A stretch of DNA of 64,000 nt from Eledone cirrhosa (taxonomy: Eukaryota): assembly GCA_964016885.1 (NCBI GenBank), contig OZ024747.1:70866001-70930000 (forward strand), in the 5' to 3' direction. The notes below the pieces were generated by a model. That model ran no database searches. It was given only the letters and a program-made list of their open reading frames with translations, and was not told the DNA's origin. Positions 1-12,054 of the stretch are shown one piece after another; the first letter of the stretch is position 1; each line of letters opens with the position of its first letter. Position numbers and translations under genes: made by a program.

Positions 1-2305
1 AACTAAAGTTTGGAAGAATCATAAAAGAATAGCAAGTTTTATTTAATGCTTTCGATGAAGGTGTTAATAAAACCTGCAGGTGTTGAATGTACAGCTAATT
101 ATTATCAGCTATTAAAACTTAAGTAGATTCTATTTCTCTGTCAATGTTGGACGTTTCGTGTCTAATTGGTACACAGAAGCAATTTAAACATTAAAATAAA
201 TCTCTTTTGTTTAATCGTTGTTTAAATATTTGTCATAAGTGGGATTCTACAGACAAAAATGTGACATCTAATTTGATAAGACATATCAACTAAAATGTGG
301 CAAGACAGAAACTAAGAGATTAAATTGTTGTCAACAACATCTAGAGAGTAAATTATTGTTGCTTCAATACACTACAGGGAAGGCAATCGAATTCTTACTT
401 TAGAGACGTATTTATACCGACTGTTACGAAATTACATTTGGTTGACTGTTGGGCAGTCATCATACTACAATATAAACGGAATATAAATGTAATTTAAATG
501 TCTCCATAACTCCAGAGTCTCATTAGAACTAGCTTTTGACACACTGAATCTCTTAGAGAATTACATGAAGGGCACAGGTATCTGTGGAATACTCAGCCAA
601 TTACATGCGTTAATTTCACAAGGAAGCTGTTCCGTTGATCGAACCGATAGAGCACTCACCGAAACCGACCGAGGGTCACTTCCAAATAAATGTTTACAGT
701 GGATAATAACCAGCTCTAGAACCTGGTGGAAATGATCATGATTTCATCTGGAATATAAAAATGTGTATAACATTAAAGGAAATGTGTGTGACAAAACATA
801 TTTATGTAGTTTCAAATAGCAAGAAGCAACGCATTTATATCTGAGAACAATAACGTATCTAAAGACACTGAATTAGAAGAGAATCATCCATACAAATACT
901 TACGATAGTTTGACATTAAAAGGTTACAACACAGAATTGAGGGAGAAATTGTTTTTCAAAAGAGTAGTACCAAACAGTGAGACTAATATTAAAACTTAAC
1001 TCAAAGCTATGAATAGATAACAAACATCTGTTATAACCTCCAGCTTAAATAAAATAATAAATTGGAATTTAAATTATTTGAATACCTAAGACAAAATACA
1101 ACTGGAAAAATAATAACAGCGATCTGAAACTACCCAGTTAAACCTGGTATATATTTAATATACAAACGACACGCACAGGGGGGGGGGGGTGAGTTAAATG
1201 GAGAACTGCTTCTTAGCCCCAAATCACTGTTGAATAGATTTTACCGATGAGATAGCTCAATGTAATGAAAAATATGAACTTACAATTTGTAGACTGACGA
1301 TCTACCTATTAAGCCAACTCTGGCTCTCCTCTCCCAAAACAGAACTAACCATTAATAGCAAAGTTTTTAAATGTCAAACAAAAACGTGTATGTTGATACT
1401 AGCGTATTTAAACGAAAATATATATTTGTTACGACGTAAAATATAATACAGAGAAATTGGTGATTAATGCCACTTTCGTGCAAATTCAGCTTCGTTAGAA
1501 TGCAGATGAATGTTCGATAGCTTTTTGAAGAGTTTGGTGATCCTGAAAATTCGCTGTTTATTTGCTAAGAAAATTTCTGATAGTTTCCATTTATATAGCA
1601 AAAGTGAGACAAAGCAGCACATCTGAAAAACCCAAAGTAGGTTTATTGTAATAAGTGTTAGCGCCATAACGTACTTCAAATATACGCAGAAGAAAAACAA
1701 GTAAAGATAGAAAGAAGCAAAATATAAAACTATGTTTCTGCAATCTTAATACGATGATCAAACTGGTCATATAAATATCCTCCAAGCTTTTTGCGCATCC
1801 AATCATCCCGAAAACTATACAATAATTTCTTTACACTTCTATTATCACAGTAGAAGAAATGTATTTGCTTTTCGCCTGAGATTCTGTTCATTTCCATCAA
1901 TATCAGTATTGCTTTTAGATATATTTTGATACGGATGTCAATAAAATAGTTTGGTGCATCTGTCAGATAAAGTTTTCATTCCTGATTTTCTGTCATGCTG
2001 CAGACGATCGGATTTATAAACAAATGGTTTCCAAAATTAAAACAACAGATGCTATCAACACATAGAGTAATACACTAGTACACTTATATACACACTCACA
2101 TACACATGCATACAAATGCACACACACAGAAATCCACACAGTTATCAATACATGCACTAATATACCAAAACGCACACGCGGAATTTCACATATATACGCA
2201 TATACTATACTAATTGCATACATAGTCATATGTATCTATACATATATATATATACACAGAGACATACTTACACACACACACACACAAACACACATACGCA
2301 CACAG

Positions 2306-2376
<71 letters not shown>

Positions 2377-2504
2377 CACACATACATACACTTATATATA
2401 TTTATATTTTTATGTATAAATATATGTATGTGTATGTATACATAAGAATGTATGTACACACAATCTACACACAATCATACACACATATGGATATATATAT
2501 ATTG

Positions 2505-2574
<70 letters not shown>

Positions 2575-2730
2575 AAGGAACGCTGGGAACTGAAATTTCG
2601 TTTCATTTTTTCCGTTTATCGTTTTCGGTGCACCCGGCCGATTAACCCACTCGATATGCAAATTGGGCTACTCAGCCGTTAATATGCATAAGGTAAGTAT
2701 ATACGTTCAACAATCTGACAGGAAGGTATA

Positions 2731-2771
2731 CGTTGCTGACGATAGCTAATAAGCTTGAAACTAGTACAGCG
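2731..2771 (+). ncRNA. Minimal type-I hammerhead ribozyme (family A)
   Basis: CGTTG-CTGACGA-T-AGCT-aata-AGCT-T-GAAAC-TA-GTA-CAGCG; stem I CGTTG/CAGCG, palindromic stem III ACTAGT, GUA triplet. Confidence 0.8.
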
Positions 2772-3033
2772 TTCCTTTGTCAGTGTTGAACAAACGAGCA
2801 ACGATGGTTGCTAGACACTATGGCTTAATACGGGACGTTTGTTTACAAACACACCGAGCATTACAATAAATGTTCGGTGAATCCATACGTACATATATAT
2901 ATATATGTGTGCATGTATGTATATATACATACTACTGTACGTCTGTATGCATATATGTATGTACGTATACATACTTATATTTAAGTAACAGCCGTACTAA
3001 GAGTGAGAAATGAAATTTCGGTTCATTTTTTCC

Positions 3034-3087
<54 letters not shown>

Positions 3088-3390
3088 ATATATATGTGTG
3101 TGTGTGTGCGCGCGTGTGTGTGTGTGTGTTTGTGTGTGGTATGCATGTGTGTGTGTGTGTGTTACACACGTCACATACACACGCATATTTCTTTGTGTAA
3201 GTATAATGGCATGGTATGGAGTTACTTGCGTGCGTTCATATATGCAAAGCTATATATACGACAGTACACGTGCGACCTTGTCTCTCATACATGGAGATAC
3301 AGATGCAAAAATATACTTGCATTCATATCTTTGTGTTTATGTGTTTATGTGTTTATGAAAGAGCATGGATGCACCTTTCTCTCTCTCTCA

Positions 3391-3433
<43 letters not shown>

Positions 3434-3463
3434 GTAATAATAATATATATATATATGTGTGTG

Positions 3464-3542
<79 letters not shown>

Positions 3543-4788
3543 GTATATATTTATATGTGTGTGTATATATGTATATAAGTATATATATATATAATTACAT
3601 ATGTATATATATATATATATATATATACATATATACATATATATATATGTATATATGTGTGCGTGTGTGTGTGTGTGTGTGGTATGTGTGTGTGTGTGTG
3701 TGTATAATACTGTTACACGCCACCGCACTGCATATGTAGTGGTCACCTACATCATAGCATATATGTCTATATGTACGATTACTTTAATGATGAAAAATCG
3801 TGTACATCCAAAGTATGAGGGCAAAAATCTAGTTAATTGATAGGAAGTGACATCAAGTAGCAAGTTTGTTTTGACGTGTATATGCCATCATATCAGTTTG
3901 AACAATTGCTGTCACCGCATAGTGAGACTGCCGCCATGTACAGCGATACCAATACTACTAAGATGGACAGTCAAGCAAAAATTGCCTCTGGCTAAAAGAT
4001 TGGACAGAGAAGTCTTTATTGTTCGCTTTTTAAATCAATCACGTTCAGAACCGAGTGGAAAAAGCAAGTCGAATGTTGGTCAGTAAAAGCTTCATTTCAT
4101 TTTGCGCTGTTTTAAATACGATTTGGTGCAAAACCATTGACCTCTTTTTTTCTCGTTTATTCGCTTTTCATAAACTCACTGAGGCTGTCAGTTCCTTCCA
4201 AAAGAATGCCATCTACAATATATAAGGAAACATTTTTACCTGTCATCACATAACTTCACGGTTATCATAAGGTAACTTATAACAAGTTTAAAATACTTCT
4301 TTGGAAAAATGGATCGATAAGAAGCCAGAAAGTAAAGAGGATAGAATGTATATAAAATATCAGCAAAAGGAATGTTTCAGTTGCAGACGTCAATGTACAA
4401 AAGTCACCAATGAAAGAGATAAAGAAATAATTTGGAGTAGGACACGTTATAAGAGATTCGGGAAATGAGAAGATTGTATGTGTGTTTTTATGTGTATGTG
4501 CGTTAAGAGTGAAAGAGATTCAAAGAGTGTGGGGAGTTGAGCTTCTTGGGCGTAAAAAGTAAAAAAATAGAAAACAAATATATATGCGCACGCACACGCA
4601 GACATATATGTATCCTTATATATATTTGTAAATCGGTAGATAGATTGACTTATGTATGTATATACATATACATACATATATGTGTGTGTGTGCGTGTATG
4701 CATGTTATATATATATATATACATATACATATATGTAATATATATATATAATATATATATTATATATATATATATATACAATATATAT

Positions 4789-4856
<68 letters not shown>

Positions 4857-4914
4857 TATTATATATATTACATATATGTATATGTATATATATATATATA
4901 ACATGCATACACGC

Positions 4915-4995
<81 letters not shown>

Positions 4996-4997
4996 CA

Positions 4998-5510
4998 GAC
5001 TAGCAGAAAACCACCCGGTGGGCGGTTTTCTGCTAGCAAATCTAGTATATATACTGATATTGTTGAGATTTGGATGAGAAATGTTTTCGGCACCACATGT
5101 TCACCGTCTCTCGGTGTGTCTTTTATGCATGTATAAATACATATGTTATCTATACGGGGAAATCTTTGAAATAAATATGTTAAAACGAAAAAGGAGAAAA
5201 AGAGATTAGTGACGGAAATATAAACGTTATGATACATAAACGTTATGATATAACGATGGAAATATATAAACGTTTACGATAAAACGATGGAAATAGAAAC
5301 GTTTATATATAATGATAAGCCGAAACACTCGTAAGTCGAAACACTCGTAAAGCGAAACACTCGTAAAGCGAAACGTATAAATAAAGATTAATGTAATGAA
5401 TTTGAAAAGCATAGAGATTTGAAACCGCGTCTATTTGTTTCCTTGGCATTTTTTACAGACGGACAGACAGACAGACAAACAGAGAAATGCCAATTATATA
5501 TTATAAGTAG
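4998..5510 (+). mobile_element. Putative non-autonomous Helitron/Helentron-like element
   Basis: 5' hairpin CTAGCAGAAAACC..GGTTTTCTGCTAG, internal short tandem repeats, (GACA)n then ACAGAGAAATG..TTATATATTATAAG. Similar 3' ends occur at ~5735-5775 and ~6440-6480. Confidence 0.45.
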
Positions 5511-5774
5511 ACTTGGCATGGTGTCAAGTCAGAACCGCCTCGAACTGGTTACTTCTGGCTTGTGCAAGGTGTCTCTATAGCAACCAACGATTCCCTCGGC
5601 CTCAGTGACCAAAGTCAGTGTAGAGGGGAAGGTAATGTTTCTATAGCGACAGTGTTTCTCTTGGTAGTACCAAAGTGGAGAAAGGAAGGGGAAGGTAATA
5701 TTTCTGTAGCACCTACATTTGAGTTTTAGGGAAGGACAGACAGACAGACAAACAGAGAAATGCCCATATATTTC

Positions 5775-5817
<43 letters not shown>

Positions 5818-6006
5818 CACACACAGAAATGTATATATATTTCCGTGTGTATATATATATTACACACAGAAATGTATATATATTTCTTAGAACAAAATTA
5901 TTATTAATGTTTTGCTGTTCATAACAATTGGAATTGAAAAATTACTTTTGAAATTATTAGTTATTTTACTAATGCTTAGATATGTAAAAATGAAGCAATG
6001 TTTCTA

Positions 6007-6199
6007 ATAATTGATTCTACTTTTGGCACAAGGCCAGCAATTACCCAGTATATTACTGGTACTTTATTTTATCGACCTCGTGAGGATGAAAGGCAAAGTT
6101 AACCTCAGCGGTATTTGAACTCAGACTGTAAAGGGACGTAACTCCATGCTATGAAGCATGGTGTCCGACTCTCTACAGATTCTGCCAATCCACCGCCCT
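6007..6199 (-). mobile_element. SINE, same family
   Basis: Reverse-complement match to 32151-32340. Confidence 0.85.
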
Positions 6200-6620
6200 A
6201 ATGTCTGTACGTAATGAGGGAGTGAGAGGGGAGAGAAAGAAAGGCAGAGGTGAAGTGACGAAGTGACTCTCTCCTCCTCCTCCTCCTCCATCTCCCCATT
6301 CGTCACAGCGATAGAGGGGAGGAATGTTAGTGTGTTACAAAGAGAAAGAGTGAGAGTGAGAGAAACAGACAGACTAAAAGAGAGGGATAGCTGGAGAGAG
6401 AGAGAGATAGCAACCACGCGCGCACGTGTTTCCACTGTCGGACAGACACAACAGAGAAATTGCTGGTTATATATTATAAGGAGATGTAGAAGAGATATTT
6501 AATTTGTTGGAAATCCAACAAATATAGATGTTTATAACTGATTCAGAGCACTCGACAGCTTTCTGGAGTAAGTAGTCAATGATATTAAATAAATGGAAAC
6601 TATATTTATAAAACCATATT

Positions 6621-6682
6621 TATACTATTATATATATTTCAAGGGTACCAACATTTTAAGTACGCTATCATCAGATAAAATA
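6621..6682 (-). ncRNA. Type-I hammerhead motif (family B), left arm
   Basis: Inverted, slightly mutated copy of 6703-6764. Confidence 0.55.
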
Positions 6683-6702
6683 CAAAATCTTCTAACATTT
6701 TG

Positions 6703-6764
6703 TATTTTATCTGATGATAGCGTACCAAAATAGTTGGTACCCTTGAAATATATATAATAGAATA
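6703..6764 (+). ncRNA. Type-I hammerhead motif (family B), right arm of palindrome
   Basis: TATTTTAT-CTGATGA-..GTACCAA..TTGGTAC..-GAAA-TATAT-ATA-ATAGAATA. Confidence 0.65.
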
Positions 6765-6829
6765 AATATGGTTTTATAAATATAGTTTCCATTTATTTAA
6801 TATCATTGTATTATATATATATATATTAC

Positions 6830-6897
<68 letters not shown>

Positions 6898-6962
6898 AAA
6901 AAAAAGGATGAAATCGAAAATGCAACTGGAGTCTTATTTTTCAAAAAATATATATTTGGTTC

Positions 6963-6998
6963 CTTTACCGGTTTCGCAGTTCTTCCACTTTTCAAAAG
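6963..6998 (-). ncRNA. Minimal hammerhead with U3-A8 core (family C), inverted copy
   Basis: Reverse complement CTT-TTGAAAA-GTGG-aagaa-CTGC-GAAACCGGTA-AAG; stem II is retained through G-U pairs. Confidence 0.55.
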
Positions 6999-7413
6999 TA
7001 GAGTTGAGATGGAGGGTCTGTGGTTTTTCTCACATCTGGTTGGTCTTTGAATGTTACTTGTTTTACATGGAAAAAAAGTGGCTCGAAACGCCAGGTTTTT
7101 AGAGAAGTAATTTGATTGGTTGGTCAATAATTATAATAAATTTCGCGCCAGTTCGCGTTAAAAAATGTTCTTCAAACAAGCAAAAAGAAATTCAAACACT
7201 CATATATGAAAACACAACCTGAGCCCCCCCCCCCCTGTTTGATGCACTTTTTTAACGCGAACTGACGCGAAATTTATTATAATTATTGACCAACCAATCA
7301 AATTACTCCTCTAAAAACCTGGCGTTTCGAGCCACTTTTTTCCATATAAAACAAGTAACATTCAAAGACCAGCCAGATGTGAGAAAAACCACAGACCCTC
7401 CATCTCAACTCTA

Positions 7414-7449
7414 CTTTTGAAAAGCAGAAGAACTGCGAAACCGGTAAAG
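7414..7449 (+). ncRNA. Minimal hammerhead with U3-A8 core (family C)
   Basis: CTT-TTGAAAA-GCAG-aagaa-CTGC-GAAAC-CG-GTA-AAG; palindromic stem III ACCGGT. Confidence 0.65.
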
Positions 7450-7664
7450 GAACCAAATAAATATATATATATATTTTTTAAATAAGACTCTAGCTGCATT
7501 TTCGATTTCATCCTTTTTTTTTATACTTTCACTCGTGTAGGACACCTCGGTTATTTTTCATTTTGTAAAAAAAAACGTCACTTTCTAATATATATATATA
7601 GTCGTGGAACACTGGAAAGTAATATCCGTAGTGGTAGAGCACTCAGTCCAAGGGACGAGTTAGG

Positions 7665-7801
7665 TAGAAGTGGTTACACAACAGTTAGTTCACCATACCG
7701 AGAACAATTGTTTCACTTTCGCGGATCTTCAGCTCGGCTGAAGATCCGCGAAGGTGAAACAATTGTTGTATGGTGATCTAACTGTTGTGTAACCACTTCT
7801 A
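7665..7801. repeat. Palindrome, ~65-bp arms
   Basis: TAGAAGTGGTTACACAACAGTTAG... / ...CTAACTGTTGTGTAACCACTTCTA. Confidence 0.95.
7699..7736 (-). ncRNA. Minimal hammerhead (family D), with an inverted partial copy at 7738-7770
   Basis: CGAG-CTGAAGA-tccgcgaaagt-GAAAC-AATT-GTT-CTCG. Confidence 0.65.
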
Positions 7802-8075
7802 TATATATAACGTTAATGTGTGTGTGTGTGTATGTGTGTGTCTACATAGTATTTTTTCTATCATCATATGTCAATTTAAAATGATGCCATTTCCCTCTAT
7901 GAATAGATTAGTTCACCTTTTCTTATAATAATCAAAAGGTGAAAATTCGAATCGAGTTAAAGTTAAGTATTCTGAAATGTAATTATTGGTTTGCACAAAT
8001 TTCGCATGTGATGCACAAGCCCGGGTAAGGTGTTTGTGCAAGACCAGCAGTCATTGATGCATACTAGTTTTGCAT

Positions 8076-8122
<47 letters not shown>

Positions 8123-8452
8123 TGTGTGTGTAAAGGCGCGTAGCTAAGAGATTAGAGCATTGAGTCCACAAACATGAGGTATATATATATGGTGTTACAA
8201 GTTAAGGTGACACAAACAAGCGAGCGACAGTTTCCCTTCGTCAGCTGTTTACTACAGGTCACGGATGTTTCGGCGCATTATAAACAGTACATCTATCCGT
8301 AGCGCGCCCATATCCTTTTATCTATCAAAAGGCCATGTGGGAAAGAAGCGATAGCGAAAAGAGAGAAAGAATGAAAAAAAGAAAAGAAAAAAGGGAGAAA
8401 AAAATGAAAAAATGAAGTAAACATATCGATAGAAGGGAAACACAGGACAATG

Positions 8453-8542
<90 letters not shown>

Positions 8543-9875
8543 ATGTATATATGAACTGGTAAGCTATTTAGGAATCCCGAAATCCACATTCTATTCGAAT
8601 TTAGAGTGAAGAGAGCTGAAACGAATACATTCTTCGTAGAATTGTACATATAACGAAATCTGACTTGCAATTTTAATAGAAATCAATTTACTGAAAAAAT
8701 AAGTATTATGGTTAAATACATCTTTATCTCCTCCATTAATTTTCTTTTACTTATTCCTTTTCTCTTTTTCCCTCTGCTTTAATAGTTCATTTTACCTTAC
8801 ACTGGTGGTAATCCCATGCTACACACATCTACAAACATAAATACACACGCATGCGCACATACACATTAACGCTGTAATGGTGCCATTCCAGTAGTTTTCC
8901 AATTAAATGCCTCAGATTTTTACAATGATCATAGCTGAATAGATTTTCTTTAGACAGAGAAAATTCTTTTAGTTTCTTGATTCAACATCCTTTTGATACT
9001 TTTATATGACGCAGTTTTCTTGTATTTGTTTGCCGCTGGTAGTAATGAAAGCCATCCCCGGAGAAGATCGAATGACACGTGACTAGAAGGCGCAAACAAG
9101 TTGTCAACGTATTGAATTCAGAAAAGAAACTAATGAACTCTAAAGAATTTTTGCATGAATATACAAAAGAAAAAACGACTTTAGAAAGTAACTATTCTCA
9201 CAAATTACTCATATTTACCTAATGTAAATACTAAATTGAAAGCACCATTAGTTGAAGAATCCATATTTTTATTTAGAGTCACGAATATGGGGTAAATTTA
9301 TTTGGGCCATAAGAAAACTAATCCATCAGTGCATATAGAACATATAATATCGCGCTGTAGTCGTTCATTAACTCTGCTGGAGAGTTTTTTTCTTTTCTTT
9401 CCTTTTCATTTCAAACATTGCTACTCTTGTATAGAATAATAGTTAGTTACACATGGGTAACTTTTGAGTAGGAATAACAAAATAATCAATGTTTGAATGT
9501 AGAATTTTCTGATTTAATATATAAACCATTCCAACGAACAACATTAAAGACGATAGAAAACTGAGAAAACTGTTATAATGTTTCTCATATAATGTTTATA
9601 GCCCTATTCATCCCATAAATAATTTATATTGTATGTTTATCATATATAACAGAACATAGACATTGATAAACATTATGAAAATTTTGTAATCAAAGTTACT
9701 TTCCCTCAGACATGCGTGAAACAGTTATTGAATTCCTTGTCATTTCGTAAGGAATGGAGTAAAAGAAGTCGGTGTGTTTTACATGTAAATAAAGCGAAAT
9801 ACTATCAAATAGAAATTAAAATAAAAGCTGTTTGGTGCGGATCGCTGGGAGATTAATGTCGATATAATGGTACTT

Positions 9876-9933
<58 letters not shown>

Positions 9934-9981
9934 GGTATATATGTGTGTGTATGTGTGTATATATGTATATATATATATGTG

Positions 9982-10043
<62 letters not shown>

Positions 10044-10194
10044 CATATATAGTGTATCTATTTAAAATCTCTTTATTAGTATCATTCCATACAATAGCTT
10101 CCTCGTTGCACAATGTATGACTAGCGTATTTGTTTCAAAATATTTTCAATGGAACAAACGTCTGTTAAGGCATGTGTAGTGAAGTTGGCTTCAT

Positions 10195-10590
10195 ATTGGC
10201 AGTATCGATAGAGGGTCGGACGCCATGCTTTGCAGCAAAGAGTTACGTCCCTTTATGATCTGAGTTCAAATCCCGCAGAGGTTAACTTTTCCTTTCATCC
10301 TTACGGGGTCGATAAAATAAAGTACCAGTAATGTACTGGGTATTTGCTGGCCTTGTGCCAAAAGTAGAAACAATTATATTTACATTATATCCACAATGGT
10401 GGATTGGCAGTATCAGTAGAAGGTCGGACGCCATGCTTTGCGGCAAAGAGTTACGGCCCTTTATGAACTGAGTTTAAATCCCGCCAAGGTAAATTTGCCT
10501 TTCATCTTCACGGGGTCGATAAAATAAAGTACCAGTAATGCACTGGGATAATTTCTGACCTTGTGCCAAAAGTAGGAACAATTATATTTA
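10195..10590 (+). mobile_element. Two tandem SINE copies
   Basis: Copies at ~10195-10377 and ~10397-10587, both ending AACAATTATATTTACAT. Confidence 0.85.
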
Positions 10591-11276
10591 CATGTTCTCT
10601 AAAACCTACTAAGTTTGGCGCACGAATTCGCACCAAAAGCCTTTTTCCAGCGACGGATGATAAGATCTTTTATCTTAATAAAGATAATGAGCCCACCAAA
10701 TTAAATATACCCTGCTGGGATTTGATCCAGTCTCGTAGATTTCTAGTTTCGTACTTTTGAGACCCTCGTTTTATGTTCTTACTGGGAGGGTAGATAATCC
10801 AGTAACAGAGGAACAATTTGCTTTTGAGAGCATTGTTAAAATACACAGGTGATGCATTTGTTGAGCGTATAAGGGGAATTTGAAAATGTTCTTGTCATCT
10901 TTTCAGTATAGCATCTTTTTCAGTTAAAGGAGGGTTTCTACCAGTGACAATTCCCATCTTTGTGGAAACAGGCTATTTGATTGTGTTCGAAGAAGCCTTG
11001 CGGCTAGTTTATATGTGTATTCTGTTGGTTTACGTTGATTTTGTCAGTCTCCCTTTACATGTTTAGGTATGAATAATCGGGTGGCGATACTCATTTGCAT
11101 ACGGTGCGAGCTTGACCGGCTAGGATTAATTACTAGTAACATTAGCACAGCTAATTACAAGGACGGTCAGTCTGACGGACTTCCAATCAATTTCCGTCAA
11201 CCCAATTTCAAGCACAAGACATGGCTCGACTCGAAGCTATTGGAAATGACATTTTACTACCCATGATTCATTGTAT

Positions 11277-11378
<102 letters not shown>

Positions 11379-11571
11379 AGTTTATCCCGGGTTCAATCAG
11401 GGTAACCACAGTAAGTAAGGTACTCAATACAAAGCAGAGTATAAATATTTAATATAGAAATGACTTCTACAGGACTAGAACTGTTTCATTCGGGAGAAAT
11501 AATCAGGGCTTCCTGATGATTTCTATATTTCTATATTAAATAAATTTAAAAAAAAATAAAAAAAAATAAAA

Positions 11572-11604
<33 letters not shown>

Positions 11605-11645
11605 CCTGTGTGTGTGTGTGTGTGTGTGTGTACTACGAAGAGTAT

Positions 11646-11721
<76 letters not shown>

Positions 11722-12054
11722 CAACCCTTGCTAGCAGGAAAATAAGAAGCTGTTTTCACAGCAATTCTCCTGTGTTCGAAGTTAAAAATGTTCTTCATTT
11801 CTCTCTTTCTCTCCATCATTCTCTGTACACACACATACACACACATCTATGGACACACGCGTATAACTTGCTGAGTAAGTTCTGTTTAAATTTCTATAGA
11901 AATTCTTGTCTGATAACTTTAATTTTTGTACCATTTTGTAGAGGGACTGCCAGGTCAAACTTTGATCTGGTCAGTCTCTCAAAATATTCTACGCCTTTAG
12001 GCGAAATAGTTAAAAAAAAAGTTTTTTCTTGTTGAAAAGTCAATATTTTTTTAA

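Larger units (their letters stand above)
6577..6808. repeat. Near-perfect palindrome, ~110-bp arms
   Basis: CAATGATATTAAAT...ATTTAATATCATTG, with a short central loop near 6690. Confidence 0.95.
6895..7522. repeat. Inverted repeat, ~270-bp arms with ~80-bp spacer
   Basis: AAAAAGGATGAAATCGAAAATGCA... / ...TGCATTTTCGATTTCATCCTTTTT. Confidence 0.95.

Noticed and set aside
850-1450. Possible very old LINE or DNA-transposon remnants (also 3810-4080, 48660-49230, 52150-53230, 55450-56630)
   Set aside because: Only vague motif resemblance by eye; a profile search is needed to classify them.
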